A stretch of 64,000 nt of DNA, taken from positions 2,852,001 to 2,916,000 of the forward strand of contig NEEC01000008.1 in NCBI GenBank assembly GCA_002189035.1. Reading direction: 5' to 3'. Made by a program: the position numbers and the translations under genes. The DNA is from Utricularia gibba (taxonomy: Eukaryota > Plantae > Magnoliophyta). Shown one piece after another: positions 52,201 through 64,000 of this stretch. The notes below the pieces were generated by a model. The model was not told where the DNA came from. It saw nothing but the letters and a program-made list of their open reading frames with translations, and searched no databases. How positions within the stretch are numbered: the stretch's first letter is position 1; the number at the start of each line of letters is the position of its first letter.

Positions 52201-54410
52201 TTCTTTTCGCAGGAGAGACGGCACTCTCTTATCTGTAAAAAAACAACACAATACACAACTCATAATTTTTGCACAACAAAATCAAAATAGCCATAAAAGA
52301 AACCGACTACTTCCTCACCAAAAGAAATTCCCCATCACCACAATTTGTTCACCAGATCCGTAACATACACAGAATAACAGTCCTTTGTTACAGTTCAAAA
52401 AGTCTTTCACCAGTAATAAGAAAAATCTTCTAAATCCTACGGCGTGAACAGACCGCTAACCAGCAGCACTCTAGCAGCGAAACCGCAGGGAAGTTTCCGT
52501 TCTCCGAATCTCCACAAATGAGGCGTAAAGGAGTGCGGCGGGAATCAATATACCCGTTACACTTTTTCTTTAAATTGAATACGATTTGGTAAACTTAACT
52601 TTATTTAGCCGTTGGATTGCAACAACATCTTCCCCCATTTCCGGGATTCCCATCCCATAAAAAATTATGACGATTATTGAAATCAATTCAAATATTCCAC
52701 TTCCCTTTTTCAATGAATTCCGAGGCGACGCGTAGCGGCGGTTTGCATCTACGTTTCAGGAATCGAGAAGATAACATTTGAGACGTGGCGAGCTCTCCGG
52801 GAAGACGAGGACACGCAGAGGATCCTCTTAGAGCGGTAGTTTTATTATCTTGCATTTATTACGAAACCGAAATCCAAAGGCACCGCGTGAAAGCTCACAC
52901 CCGACATTTGCTTTGTTAAAAGGAGGGCGGCTAGGGTTTCGCTTTCGTGCGGTGTAAAGCCGCCATCTCTGGTTCCTCAAGACACACACCATCTCAAAAG
53001 GCACCGGGGAACCAGTCGGTACCCTTTAGAACATTCGCTTATGAAATCTGGAGGCTATAATACTCAATTTAAAATACGTTTGTAAGAGATAGTATATAAA
53101 TAAAAATATATACGATAATATAATTTTTATTTATGAGATAAACTATAATGAATGTAATTTACACTATCTAATAAACATACTTTTTCGTATCTTATTTAAC
53201 TATTCATCTTTATCCTCTCTACCGAACAAACTCATAATATTTCATGGAGCAAAAACCGCACTGTTTCTCAAGACACTTCCATCTCAAAAAGTAACAGAAA
53301 TAGAGGACGTACCTTCGGAGGACGGGGGGAAGATGGGGGGGTGGAGTCTGCAGCTGAGCGCAATTTCCATTTTATGGATTAGATGTCGGTATTGGTAGCC
53401 GATGTGACATCACGCGTTTTCGGTGAGGTCCGAAACTTCGCGGAAATTGTATGAATCAATCCAAAAAACATACAAGCTACAAAATTAGAAAATGACTTAA
53501 TCCTTATTGTAATCCGTTTGGACCTAAAATTAATTTCATTATCAAAAAATAAAGATGAAAATACTACTCTGAAAGATTTAATTATGTGATTTAATTAAAT
53601 AGTAGGGATTATATCCACAATTATCTCAAATTATACTGAAGAAAAATAGGCTACTTTTGTAAAAATCAATACATAATTATTTTAGGAGAATTAAAAATTC
53701 TAAAAGGATGAAAATTATGCATGTTTGAAAGTGTTTTTAGAATGATTATTATAAAATGAATTTATATTTGAAATATAAAAAATAAGAATTAATTTTAATA
53801 AGTAAATAATATATTTATCTATATTTATTAATAATTATATTTTGTAAATTCATAATTTAAAATATTTTGTATATATCATATTTTTAAATTATAAATTTAC
53901 GTTATTATTTTAATTTAATATTTATATTAAAATTATAATTTAAAATTTAAGATATTTAAATTATGTATAATAATATTAATTACAGTTAATCATTAAAAAG
54001 GTAAAAATATAATTTCAATTTTAGAACCATTTTAAGAAAATCAATTCTCATTAATAAGTTATTATTCTATACTTTTTATAAAATTAAAATGATTTTAAAA
54101 AATTAATTTTTATAAAATAGAATTTGATATACGTTTCTAAGATATAATCAATTCTATTTAGAATAAAAAATATTGATATTGATGATTTGCAAACATAGTC
54201 ATAGACAACTTTTGAAAATTTGTAGAATCAATTCTATTCTGATAGAATTATTTCTGTATTCCAAATATATAACTAATATATTTTAAGATAATTAATTTTT
54301 GAGAATCATAAGATTGTAGCTTATATAATGTAAATGTTTACATCATGCGGATGCCATTCTTTAACTCCACGCGTGCCACATGACACAAGCATCCCAGGAG
54401 ACGACTTCAC

Positions 54411-54431
54411 TTGACTTGACTTGACTTGACC
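54411..54431 (+). promoter_or_regulatory. Tandem array of four overlapping W-boxes, (TTGAC)4C
   Basis: ttgacttgacttgacttgacc gives TTGACT x3 and TTGACC. An ACGCGT lies 40 bp upstream. Confidence 0.5.
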
Positions 54432-55004
54432 TAGAAGACAAGTATCAGGGTTTATCTTTTTCTATAACAATTTTATTTAAAAAAATCGATAGGATCGATT
54501 TTATTAGTGATTTGTAGGTTTTCCGTTTAATGCATAATTAGTTGATTGGAATAAATTATCAGTGATTTATCGCGTCCACAATCTTCTACAAATGACGTTT
54601 GAGAACCCGACAACCTTTGGAAAAGTATTTTATTTTTTTACATAAGTAATTACTTTTCATAGAACAACATTTACTTTTCAAATATTTATATAATTCGTTT
54701 TTGCATAATTGATTTTTTTAGAATTATTCTAATTCTATCGCAAACTCGGAAAGACAGCCTTGAACGGTTTTTCCAAAGTGATTCTAGATATAGATTTACA
54801 ATTATATTTTATAATTTAATAAAATAATTTTATAATATAGTTAATCAAGATAATATGATTTTTAATCTATAAAATAATATTATTAATAAATATTATTAAA
54901 TATATCATTTTTAATTTTCTATTTCATTTCAGACATGAATAGACCTAAAAAATAATTACTAAAAACATATATTAATTTTAATTTTATTAAAGAATAATTT
55001 TTGT

Positions 55005-55585
55005 AACCCTTATCCATTGGTGGGCACGTGTTAGGTTGCGGGTTGTGGGCCAGGTTCCTTTGGGTTGGCAAACCCTACCAACCCGATGGGTCCAACCTGT
55101 GGGCCCAAAATAATGAATGGATCGGATCCATAGGTTTTGAAAGAAGCGACCTAATCTGTAGGCTGATCCATAGATCCACGGATCCACTAGTTGAATCTGT
55201 TCATGAGTTTGAAATTATTTTTAAAAATTATAAAAAAAAATATTTGAATCTTTGTTACATAATTTTGACAATTTAATTTTTTTATAATTTTAAAATTTGA
55301 AATTTAAACTCTTTATATTGGTCGAAACTTAAATTTTTCTTAAATACTAATGTATTAATTAATTTTATATAAAATTATACTGATTTTAAAATAGTTGGAC
55401 TGGTTTTACGAATCAACGCGTAGCCTAACGGGTCTGACCCATACGAGTCACGGATTGATTTTGGTCCGTCCAAATTTTGTCCAAATTTGAAGAGCTGACC
55501 GTAGGCTGGATTCCGTTTCTATGGGTCGGTCCGGGTCTATGAATCGGGTCGGGTCAGCCAATACCCACGGGTACCGGTACCCTTG
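55005..55585. mobile_element. Degenerate non-autonomous DNA transposon (MITE-like)
   Basis: GC-rich ends with many ACCC/GGGT(C)/GATCC subterminal repeats around an AT-rich core; no ORF. TIRs could not be resolved. Confidence 0.4.
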
Positions 55586-55672
55586 TCTGTGTCCCCACAT
55601 TCACCATCGGACGTAATGCAGTTTGTTTCATTATTGGCCTTCTGTTAGGGCCCAAATGTACTCACTCTTGTT

Positions 55673-55705
55673 GGGCTGGGCTGGGCTGGGCTGGGCTGGG
55701 GGGCT
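55673..55705 (+). repeat. (GGGCT)5GGGGGGCT pentanucleotide repeat
   Basis: Read directly from the sequence. Confidence 0.9.
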
Positions 55706-56725
55706 TCACGTTGCAATTGCATGCATTATTGTGGATGGGAACGTGGACATTTTTAATTCCAGAAGGTAGATTGCAATTATTCAATATTAATAGTGGTGCC
55801 TGAAGGCATTTAATGCGTAGTTAGCCATGGTTGAAGCGACCTCCTTGACTTTGCTAGAATCAAACGTCGCAATCGTGGTTGGCCTACCGTGGTTAATGAA
55901 GTCATGACCCAACCCACCACGCAACCCACCCTTGCCAAATTCCTCCTATTCAATTACAAATTCTTACTATTCAATTACAAGAGTAATTGACAATTCGATT
56001 GTCTTCAAAATCGAATTCAATTGTATGCAGATTTTATGTGGATTACAATTTAATTCTATATTTTAAAATCCAATTTAATTAATTTGATAGTTTACATTGA
56101 ACCTTTTTATAATAAAAAATAATTATGGAAATATTTTAATAAAATTTATTGAATAACGGTAGTTTGATAATTGATGGGGCCCACGCGGAAGCTCTCTGCT
56201 ATCAAGCGGTTGGAATTCTGCATGACATGAATACCCTGTGGGGGCTGTGAAAAGACATGAATACCCAGATCAACGACGCCACCGATGCGTCTCTTCCAAG
56301 GTATCGTCCCCTCACGCTTGACCTCTTCTCTGACAAAACTCTTTTTGGAGAAGTTTTCTTGAATCCTACTGAAACCCCACTTGTTGAAATTCATATATTT
56401 TCGTACATTTTGGTTATCTGTGTTTTTGCACCACAGCAGATATGTAGGATCAATGGCGACGAATATACATACAACCACGCAGAAGCAACGTAGGTGATTT
56501 CCGTTTTTGAGCGGTTCCAGAAGGTTTGAAGTTCCGAAAATTACGTTTTGTCATCTGGGTGTTGTTCCTCTGCTTTGGTCAGGGTAAGAATCGGCATCAG
56601 ATTTTTGTTTTCCGATTGCTTTCACGTAAATCTTTGTTTTGTCTGTGGGTTTCCGTTTCGCATGGAGGGAAGTGATTCTATTGTTGCTTTGTTGGTATTC
56701 GATCGTAGGATAGGCTTTCGGGAAG

Positions 56726-57975
56726 ATGATCGAAGAAGTGGTCACCAAGAGTTTGATGTATGTCCTCTGTGAAGAAAATGGTAATAATCATCTTCGTTTT
56801 GCGGATATCTGATTTCCATTGTGTGCTTTGTTGTTAGATTGATTCTGGGATACGCTTACCCTGCATTCCAATGCTTTAAAACTGTGGAGAAAAACAGAGT
56901 CGAGATACATGAGCTTCGGTTTTGGTGTCAATACTGGTGCCTTTCATCCATCCATCTATCCATTTTATCTTAAAACGCACTCTGGGTTCCAGTCTACAAT
57001 GGTACTTCTTGTTGATTGCAGGATAACCGTTGCTGTGATTACCGTTTTTGAGAAAATCGGTGATGCTCTAGTTTCTTGGTAAGGTTTCGAATCAAATCAC
57101 TTGCAACGCTGTTATCCACAATCCATGAAGGAAGCACAGTAGAAACACTGCGTTTGTTACATTTGTTTCTTGTATGGAAGGTGACTCATGAGGTGCAGTT
57201 CTGTGGCAGGGTTCCAATGTACGGTGAAATGAAGCTCGCCCTTTTCATCTATTTATGGTACCCAAGAACTAAGGTACCACACAGCTTATACCATTCTCTT
57301 GTTATCCATCGGATGTGGTAAAGCAAAAGGGAACAATGCAGGGGACAGGGAAGATATACGAGTCGTTTCTAAGGCCGTACGTCCTCAAACACGAGACGGT
57401 CATTGATCAGAGTTTGATCGAGTTCAGAGAAAGGGCTTGGGATTTGGCGGTCTACTACTGGAACAACTGCACGGAGCTCGGATCCACCGCCGTGGTTCAC
57501 TTTCTGCAGTATGTTTCTACTCAATCCTCCAGACTTCTTTCTCAGGTACGTGAGCTTTACCCCTTCATCCGATCAGTCAAACCGTACAATGATCTTTGAG
57601 TGAATCATTTGCAAAGCAAAGTCTTTTCCTTTTCATGTCTCGAACTTGATGCAAAGCGCTTCACCTTCATCCCGTGCCGGGAGTCCCATTACACTTTTCG
57701 CATGTTTCACGCACTAGTCGATCTTTTTCCTCCTGGTTGTACTGTAGGATCTGGGAAATGGGCAACAGCAGAAGGAGCCGACAGGGGGCGTAATGGAGTG
57801 GCTCAAGAGCGACAAGCGGCCGCCGCCCGTACACCCAGATCAGGCAACAAAATCAGAAGCAATCAAAGTGAAGCTCCAGAACCAGATGCAGGAGATTCGC
57901 CCGGAAGATGTCTTAGTCCCCCTCCCAACATCTCGCCGAAATCGAAACAGAAATCCAACCGCGGGCAGGATCTAA
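56726..57975 (+). CDS. HVA22-like (TB2/DP1/REEP) protein, HVA22g-j type
   Basis: Exons about 56726-56757, 56838-56936, 57022-57078, 57210-57272, 57342-57546 and 57748-57975. LILGYAYPAFQCFKTVE, LRFWCQYW, PMYGEMKLALFIYLWYP and GTGKIYESFLRP. Confidence 0.9.
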
Positions 57976-58407
57976 TGAACTCCAAGCTCCGACACCGGTG
58001 ATTCGCCGATGGAGAATAAACAGATAGATTCAAAAGAACTTAGCGGACTTCACTTTTTTTTTCAAGGTGTACGGATTAGAGAAAATTATGTATATACCTT
58101 TTGCTATTTCCAACTTATTTGACATTTTTATTAAAATAATTTTTTTATAATAAATAATTAAGTTTATATATTAATTAACCAAATTTAAAACTTGAAATTG
58201 AGAAAATTGTTATTTTCCCATGTTATATATTTTTATTTATTTTGAAAATAATTAACAAAAAAAATAATTGGGTTTTTTTGGTTTTGAAATTGGAGAGTTG
58301 CTATTTCGGAAAGTGCGATTTATGGAAGCGTGGAATCGTCCATCTCAATTCTCGACAAAAACCTTATCCTCGTTCGTTTTCCAACCTTCGTTTGCATTGA
58401 GCCTGCG

Positions 58408-59719
58408 ATGTCTTCATCTTCGCTTGCAGTGGCAGCGACTGCCATTGACGCTTCGCTGCATTCATTTTCATCTACTTCCGTCGATCATCACCATCGTTCT
58501 CTGCATATTTTTGCATTTGATTCGAAACCCATAAAACCCAGTTTGAAGCTCAAGCAATTTTTCAGTTTCTCGCCAGTTACTCGCCCCTTCGCCTCCACCA
58601 CTTCCTTCGATAGCGTTGAATTGGGACAAGAAGAAAATGACGACGATGAGGACGAAACGAGTTTTCAAGAATTAGCGTCTGAGGACGGCAATGGCGTGCC
58701 TCAGTCCGCGGAAAGTGGGAGGTTGTACGTGGGTAACTTGCCGTTTTCGATGACATCTTCAGAGCTTTCTCAGATTTTCTCTGAAGCTGGTCGCGTCGTC
58801 TCTGTTGAGGTACTTTAAAAGGATTGATGGTTCCACATTTTTATAGTATTTTAGTTGCACAAAGCTTTACATTGTGCCTTGATTGAGGAGACGGGATATG
58901 TGTTTTGAATCATTGTGCTTAGAAGGACTGTTCTCCATGCTTGTTCGAAGTTTCTTTTCCCTTATTGAAATCCTAAAGCATATGGTCAAATGCTAATTCT
59001 GTGTTTTGTTCTTAAGATTTTGTATGACAAAGTAACAGACAGAAGTCGGGGATTCGGTTTCGTCACCATGGCAAATGCTGATGAAGCCAAGGAGGCAATT
59101 CGCTTGTTTGATGGAGCTGTAAGTTCAGTTACTACCCAACAGAATTCGTGTGTTCACAGCATGAGATAAATGAAACCATACTGTAAAAAAATGTGAACTT
59201 GGAAACCTGAACAGTTGCCATCTGAATCCTCTTGTTTCAGCAAATCGGAGGCCGCACCGCTAAAGTGAACTTCCCCGAGGTTCCCGAGGAGGTGAACGGG
59301 AAGTGCTGCGGCCAAAGATTCGAGCTACCAATCAAGGATTTGTGGACAGTCCCCACAAAATATACGCCGGAAATCTCAGCTGGGGCCTCACCTCCCAAGC
59401 CCTGAGAGAAGCATTCGAAGACCTCCCCGGTTTCCTAAGTGCTAAGGTTGTCTACGACAGGGACTCCGGGAGATCCAGGGGCTTCGGGTTCATTACATTC
59501 TCATCAGCAGAAGAAGTGAACTCTGCACTGGAAATCATGAACGGATCAGTAAGAAGACGAACCCCCATTCAATTCACCAACCCTTTTATCAGCATCTCAT
59601 CTCTTTTCGACTGGTAACAGGAAATCGAGGGGCGACCATTGAGATTGAATCCTGCAGAGCAGAAGCCTCCTGTAACCCCCCAGGCGCCTGCACCTGTGGA
59701 TAGCCTTGAAAGCTCATAG
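58408..59719 (+). CDS. CP33: Chloroplast RNA-binding protein with two RRMs (1-nt frameshift in run 59283-59285)
   Basis: Ser-rich transit peptide, acidic linker, RRM1 RLYVGNLPF..RSRGFGFV, linker GGRTAKVNFPEVP(R)GGEREV and RRM2 KIYAGNLSW..RSRGFGFITF. Four exons. Confidence 0.9.
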
Positions 59720-60403
59720 GCGCTCTCAGCTGTTGGTTCACAAGAGTGATGGATGATCTGTGGGTATCACCATGGCTTTATACTCGCGTACTGAGGTTTC
59801 TTACGGGTTCGTACTATGCATACGAAGCCCTTCAGTTTGTTTCAAACCGTATAGAGACTTGGTGAAGACACGAACAAGCCTTTCAGACAAGAAACGAGGA
59901 TGAAGAGCTATCTTTTATATGAAATTGGGATTTGGGTTCTATCCATAATGAGCTCTTTTTAGATAGCCTACGTGTTGAAGACCCAGACCCAATGGGCCTC
60001 AAGAACGTTCCAAATAATAAATACAGAAATATATCGATTACTTAAATACATAATTTGTATTTTTTAGTCAATATAATTTTTTGCTGATATAAATTTTTTC
60101 TTTTATTATCAACATACATTTTTATCGTATACCATCACTTCTTAAATTTATCTTAACACCGTAGATAAATTTATATCAAAATAATACGTAAATATAACTT
60201 CAATTGGGTGCCAAACACAACCTATAACGAGTATGAGCAAGAAGAACCAGATACGCTAGGAAAACATCATCTCCATGGTATGAACAGTGGAACTCCACGT
60301 TTATTCAGTGAGATACGACAGGTAGAGAGTTGCTGCTGCATTTGTTCCTCAAGTTCTCATGCAAAAAGAGAGTCTACAAGGGGAACTCTCCAGCCTTTTT
60401 AGT

Positions 60404-62281
60404 TCACAGCGCTGCGAAGTATTCCTTGCTTCCCTTTGGATCAGGTTTCATGGATTTATCACCTGGTTTCCATCCAGCCGGGCATACTTCGTCTGGATTA
60501 TCTTGAACATACTGCAGAGCCTGAGATGGGGACGCATGTGTAAAACCATTAGGCCTTAGAGAGATGAATGGGAAGGTGAGTTAGCAGGTTGAAATCAGAT
60601 GAAGGGGAGTACTGTACTTGGAGCGTTCTAAGAGTTTCGTCTACACTCCGTCCGATTGCCAAGTTGTTGATGGTGGAATGCTGAATGATACCCTCCTTAT
60701 CGATGATGAAGAGGCCTCTCAATGCAATTCCCTGAAACACAAGTGGTGAGCAGATACGGTGATATGGATTTGATTATCTTGATCTGTTCAAGGACTCTAG
60801 TGGGAATGGATGGAGTCCCAACCTGATCAGGTATTAGCACGCCGAATGATTTTGAAACCGCCTTGGTCACATCTGAGACTAAGGGATATTTCAGATCACC
60901 CAATCCACCGGATTTCCTGTCTGTTTGGACCCATGCAAGGTGGGAGAACTACAAAAGTGAACCAGATCAACCAGGAGGGAGTCATCAGATAACAGTATGA
61001 ATGTCAAAAGTAGCATGAAAAGTATTCACAGGATGATAGCTTGCACGAAGCAATTTGAACACAGATTACAAGAAGTAGCAGTGCATAAGCTACACTTACC
61101 ACACTGTCTATAGAAACGCCCAACACTTCGGTATTCAATTTCTCGAATTCTTCATACCTATCGCTGAAAGCAGTAATCTCTGCAATGCATAATTATTAAT
61201 AGCTTAAATTCATAATTTCTGGTTTTCCTAGTAATCACTCGGATAAAAACCATCATAGTCCGGGGTCAAGCTCACCTGTGGGACAAACAAAGGTGAAATC
61301 CAGTGGATAAAAGAAGAGGATAACATACTTCTTGCCCAAATAATCAGAGAGTTTAACCTGCAAGAAAGGGTCAATGTAGTGTTAACAACGACACTGTGTA
61401 ATTTTATGACAATGCATATAGCATATTCATATCATTTGCATCATACAAGAGCCCCTCAAAACAGAGTTCAAGAAAATGCATTTCCATGAAATGACTGAGG
61501 AGGGTAAACTTTTATATTCTACTAGGTGAAGTGAATAAAAACCCTTTCTTCCAACAGAAATCACCAAACCACCCAATCACAATTACTGTTTGCAACCGAC
61601 AAGAACAGATCATAACCAAACTAATCCTATTGACATCAGAGAATGAAACACTAAACCCTTCTGCATTCACCTTAATGAACTCCTGATCAAAAACTGCCTC
61701 AGCTTCAAAATCTGGAGCCTTGTTTCCCACCAGCGTAGTTCACTCTGTGGAAGAAAGAAAACGATGACCGAATGATGCATATTCTCATGTACACTACCAA
61801 GGCTCGCGTCTTCTACATTACATTATATATATATAAAAAAATCTTTCAAGCAATATGAAAATACATTGAAACTGGACTGCTAGTATATCCGATAAACGCA
61901 GAAGTTCTAGCACGTCCCCAAAATCAGCGGCTGATCGACGGTCAACTAAAGTACTTTCAACAATGAGTAAACCGATAAATTCTAAAAAAATTTCGAACAA
62001 CTCCAGCACAGAAATCAGATCTACACCGTCCCCAAGGGAGGGACGCCAAGAATGGAAGTGGGATGACTTACAGCACGAACAACCAGACTACGGCGCCTGG
62101 CGGAGGAATCAAGCTTGTAAGGCAATGAAGGAGCGAAAGAGGCGCCCCCGGCGAATGTAGAGCCGTAGGAAACGGAGAGAGGAGAAACCGATTTCTTAAG
62201 AGAACTGCGAGGTTTTGGGTTGAGATTGGAGTTAGATGAAACTAACGCAGACATGGAAGCGGCAAACGCCGAGCAAGCCAT
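60404..62281 (-). CDS. BAS1: Plastid 2-Cys peroxiredoxin (1-nt frameshift at about 61735)
   Basis: Seven exons. Transit peptide, [43 protein letters not shown] and [11 protein letters not shown], ending KEYFAAL*. Confidence 0.95.
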
Positions 62282-62733
62282 GCTTCTTTCAAAGGGCAAA
62301 ACACTCGACGGATAATGAACGGCGACGCTCGCCTCTCCACCTTGCTACTGCTTCCCCCAACTGTCCACTATTTGGCGAACAGACAAATTCAAACGGCGCC
62401 GTTTCATACGTGGGACAAGACCAACTTTTCTCTAATTTTTAAAAGCATATTCTAAATTTCAAAATTAAAATTCAATTTTAAAAAGTTTTTTTTCATTGAA
62501 AACAACTATTTTTTTTATTTATCATATATTTAACCAAATATATTCACTTTTTACACACTTAAATTATTCACTGGATTTGAACATGAAGTACCCCTAAGTT
62601 ACATACATCAAGCTGCTGACTCTCAAAAGTGCAGGCATCACGCTCAGCGTTTGATTTGGATCCTCTTCAAGCTGCTAACTCTCAAAAGTACTCCATCATC
62701 TCCTTCTTCATATTCGGTTAATGGAGCCCATAC

Positions 62734-64000
62734 TCACTGAAGAAGGTATGCAGTGAGCATGCCGCCTTCCCCTCCAATGATGATGATATCTGATAACTTT
62801 TCCAGTAGACTGATGAGCTTTGTGGCCCCAAACTTGGAAACATCAAGAGGGTGCTGGAAAAGCTTCGCATATTCCACCGGAAAACGACTCAAAAGCAAAT
62901 GACCACCATACGTCTTCAGCAACTTGATCAACCGGCGCTTCAGATCATTGAGATCACCCGGTTGGGCAGACGTCCCAGGAAGAAAAGAGGATGCCTCAGA
63001 TACTGACTGTTGAAGGTACGCAACCCTGTTATTGGACTGCCCTCCAATGGCAATAACATCCGGTAACTTTTCCAAAAGGCTGATGAGCCTTGTAGCCCCA
63101 TATTCAGGCAAAATAAGAGGCTGTTGGAATAGCCTCGCATATTCTTGCTGAAACTGGTTCAAAGACAAGCAACCACCTGATAATTTGAGCAACTTTACAA
63201 GTTGGCATCTCAAAACATTCATATCCCCCGGAAGCAGAGACATTCCAAGCGAACAAGATGGCATCGTGTTCGACTGGCCAGTTTTTGCACTCTGGAATGT
63301 GTTCTTCCGTTCAGCTTCTCCAGCCTTTTTCCACTTACCATATTTTTTTGGAGTGGATACAGCAAGAAATGCTTCCTTGTTATCAGTATTCCCTCGAATG
63401 CTGATAACATCGGATAACTGTTCTAGATAATGGATGGGCTTTTCACCCCCGTATTCAGAAGAAATAAGAGGTCGCTGGAAAAGCTTCAAGTATTCCTTCG
63501 GGATATGATTCAGAGACAAACAGCCACCTGATAATTCGAGAGACTTCACGAGTTGGAACTTCATCTCATTCATGTCTCTTGGCTGCAGAATGGCCGTGCA
63601 ACCTTTATCAGTAGAAGGACGAGTTCTGGCTGATGTTTCAGGTGAAGAAGATGATATCTTAGCTGATTGGGAAGTTTGATAACTGTAAAAGGTCGCTGTT
63701 GAAGCACTGCTGATGCATTCAGATAGAGATTTCGATTCTTTAACTTGACTTCCCACAGACCCTTTGACAGGAGTCCTCATCATCTTGGCTGGAATAGAGC
63801 AAGGGGTGACAAAGCCCTTCCCATGAGCCAAGCTTGGCCAATCCCACACGAATCGGCCAGCATTCTGTAGTGCAGTGAAACACAAACACCAGTTGGGATG
63901 ACAAGAATAACATTGTACCCACGCTGGCCCAAAATATGAAGCGTGGGAGCAAAATCAGCATCTCCAGAGATAAGCATAATAGATGATGGAGGACGATTGT
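62734..64000 (-). CDS. NYN-domain (MARF1/limkain-like) putative RNase with three OST-HTH/LOTUS domains; 5' part lies outside the window; 1-nt frameshift at about 63875
   Basis: NYN C-terminal motif ISGDADFAPTLHILGQRGYNVILVIP..ALQNAGRFVWDWPS, followed by three repeats of the form LVKLL.LSGG.L.L....EY..LFQ.PL....YG..KL..LLE.L.D. Confidence 0.85.

Noticed and set aside
52920-52970. GGCGGCT/AGCCGCC stem containing a telobox (TAGGGTTT), considered as telomerase RNA
   Set aside because: No correctly placed USE/TATA or Pol III terminator and only a partial template; it is more likely an ordinary promoter telobox.
58408-62281. Two plastid-targeted genes (CP33 and 2-Cys Prx) tail to tail
   Set aside because: Unrelated functions, about 685 nt between stops, and no evidence of overlap; probably ordinary synteny.
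62606-62689. Short direct repeat (aagctgct.actctcaaaagt) downstream of the NYN gene
   Set aside because: Only two copies, with no spacer array or other structure; not CRISPR-like.
1-64000. tRNA, rRNA, U12-type introns, CRISPR arrays and autonomous transposases
   Set aside because: None found by eye; tRNAscan-SE, Infernal and RepeatMasker would be needed to exclude degenerate copies.

Overview
Gene-dense plant (eudicot-type) nuclear DNA with AT-rich intergenic regions and about 17 spliced protein-coding loci plus one miRNA gene. In order: C2H2/EAR zinc finger (+), sucrose synthase (-), FYVE/SYLF protein (+), PMEI-pectinesterase (-), a three-copy COMT-like O-methyltransferase array (+; one probably intact, one broken, one collapsed remnant), SART-1/DOT2 (-), galacturonokinase (-), SAUR (+), XTH (-), MIR169 (+), an uncharacterised conserved plant protein (-), ANTH clathrin adaptor (-), P2B Ca2+-ATPase (-), HVA22-like (+), CP33 (+), 2-Cys peroxiredoxin (-) and a partial NYN/LOTUS protein (-). 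There is no CRISPR array, rRNA, tRNA or intact transposase. The most interesting structures are three. (1) A degenerate inverted copy of a sucrose synthase exon lies just 3' of that gene, positioned to give a fold-back or antisense RNA. (2) A duplicated DOT2 promoter and leader, with both splice sites retained, sits directly upstream of GALAK. (3) The OMT array shows an exact intron loss and a 10-bp deletion, both between short direct repeats. Nine genes carry single-base frameshifts, mostly in short G/C runs. These are most likely consensus-sequencing errors, so pseudogene calls based on them should be avoided. Exon boundaries were read by hand and may be off by a few bases.
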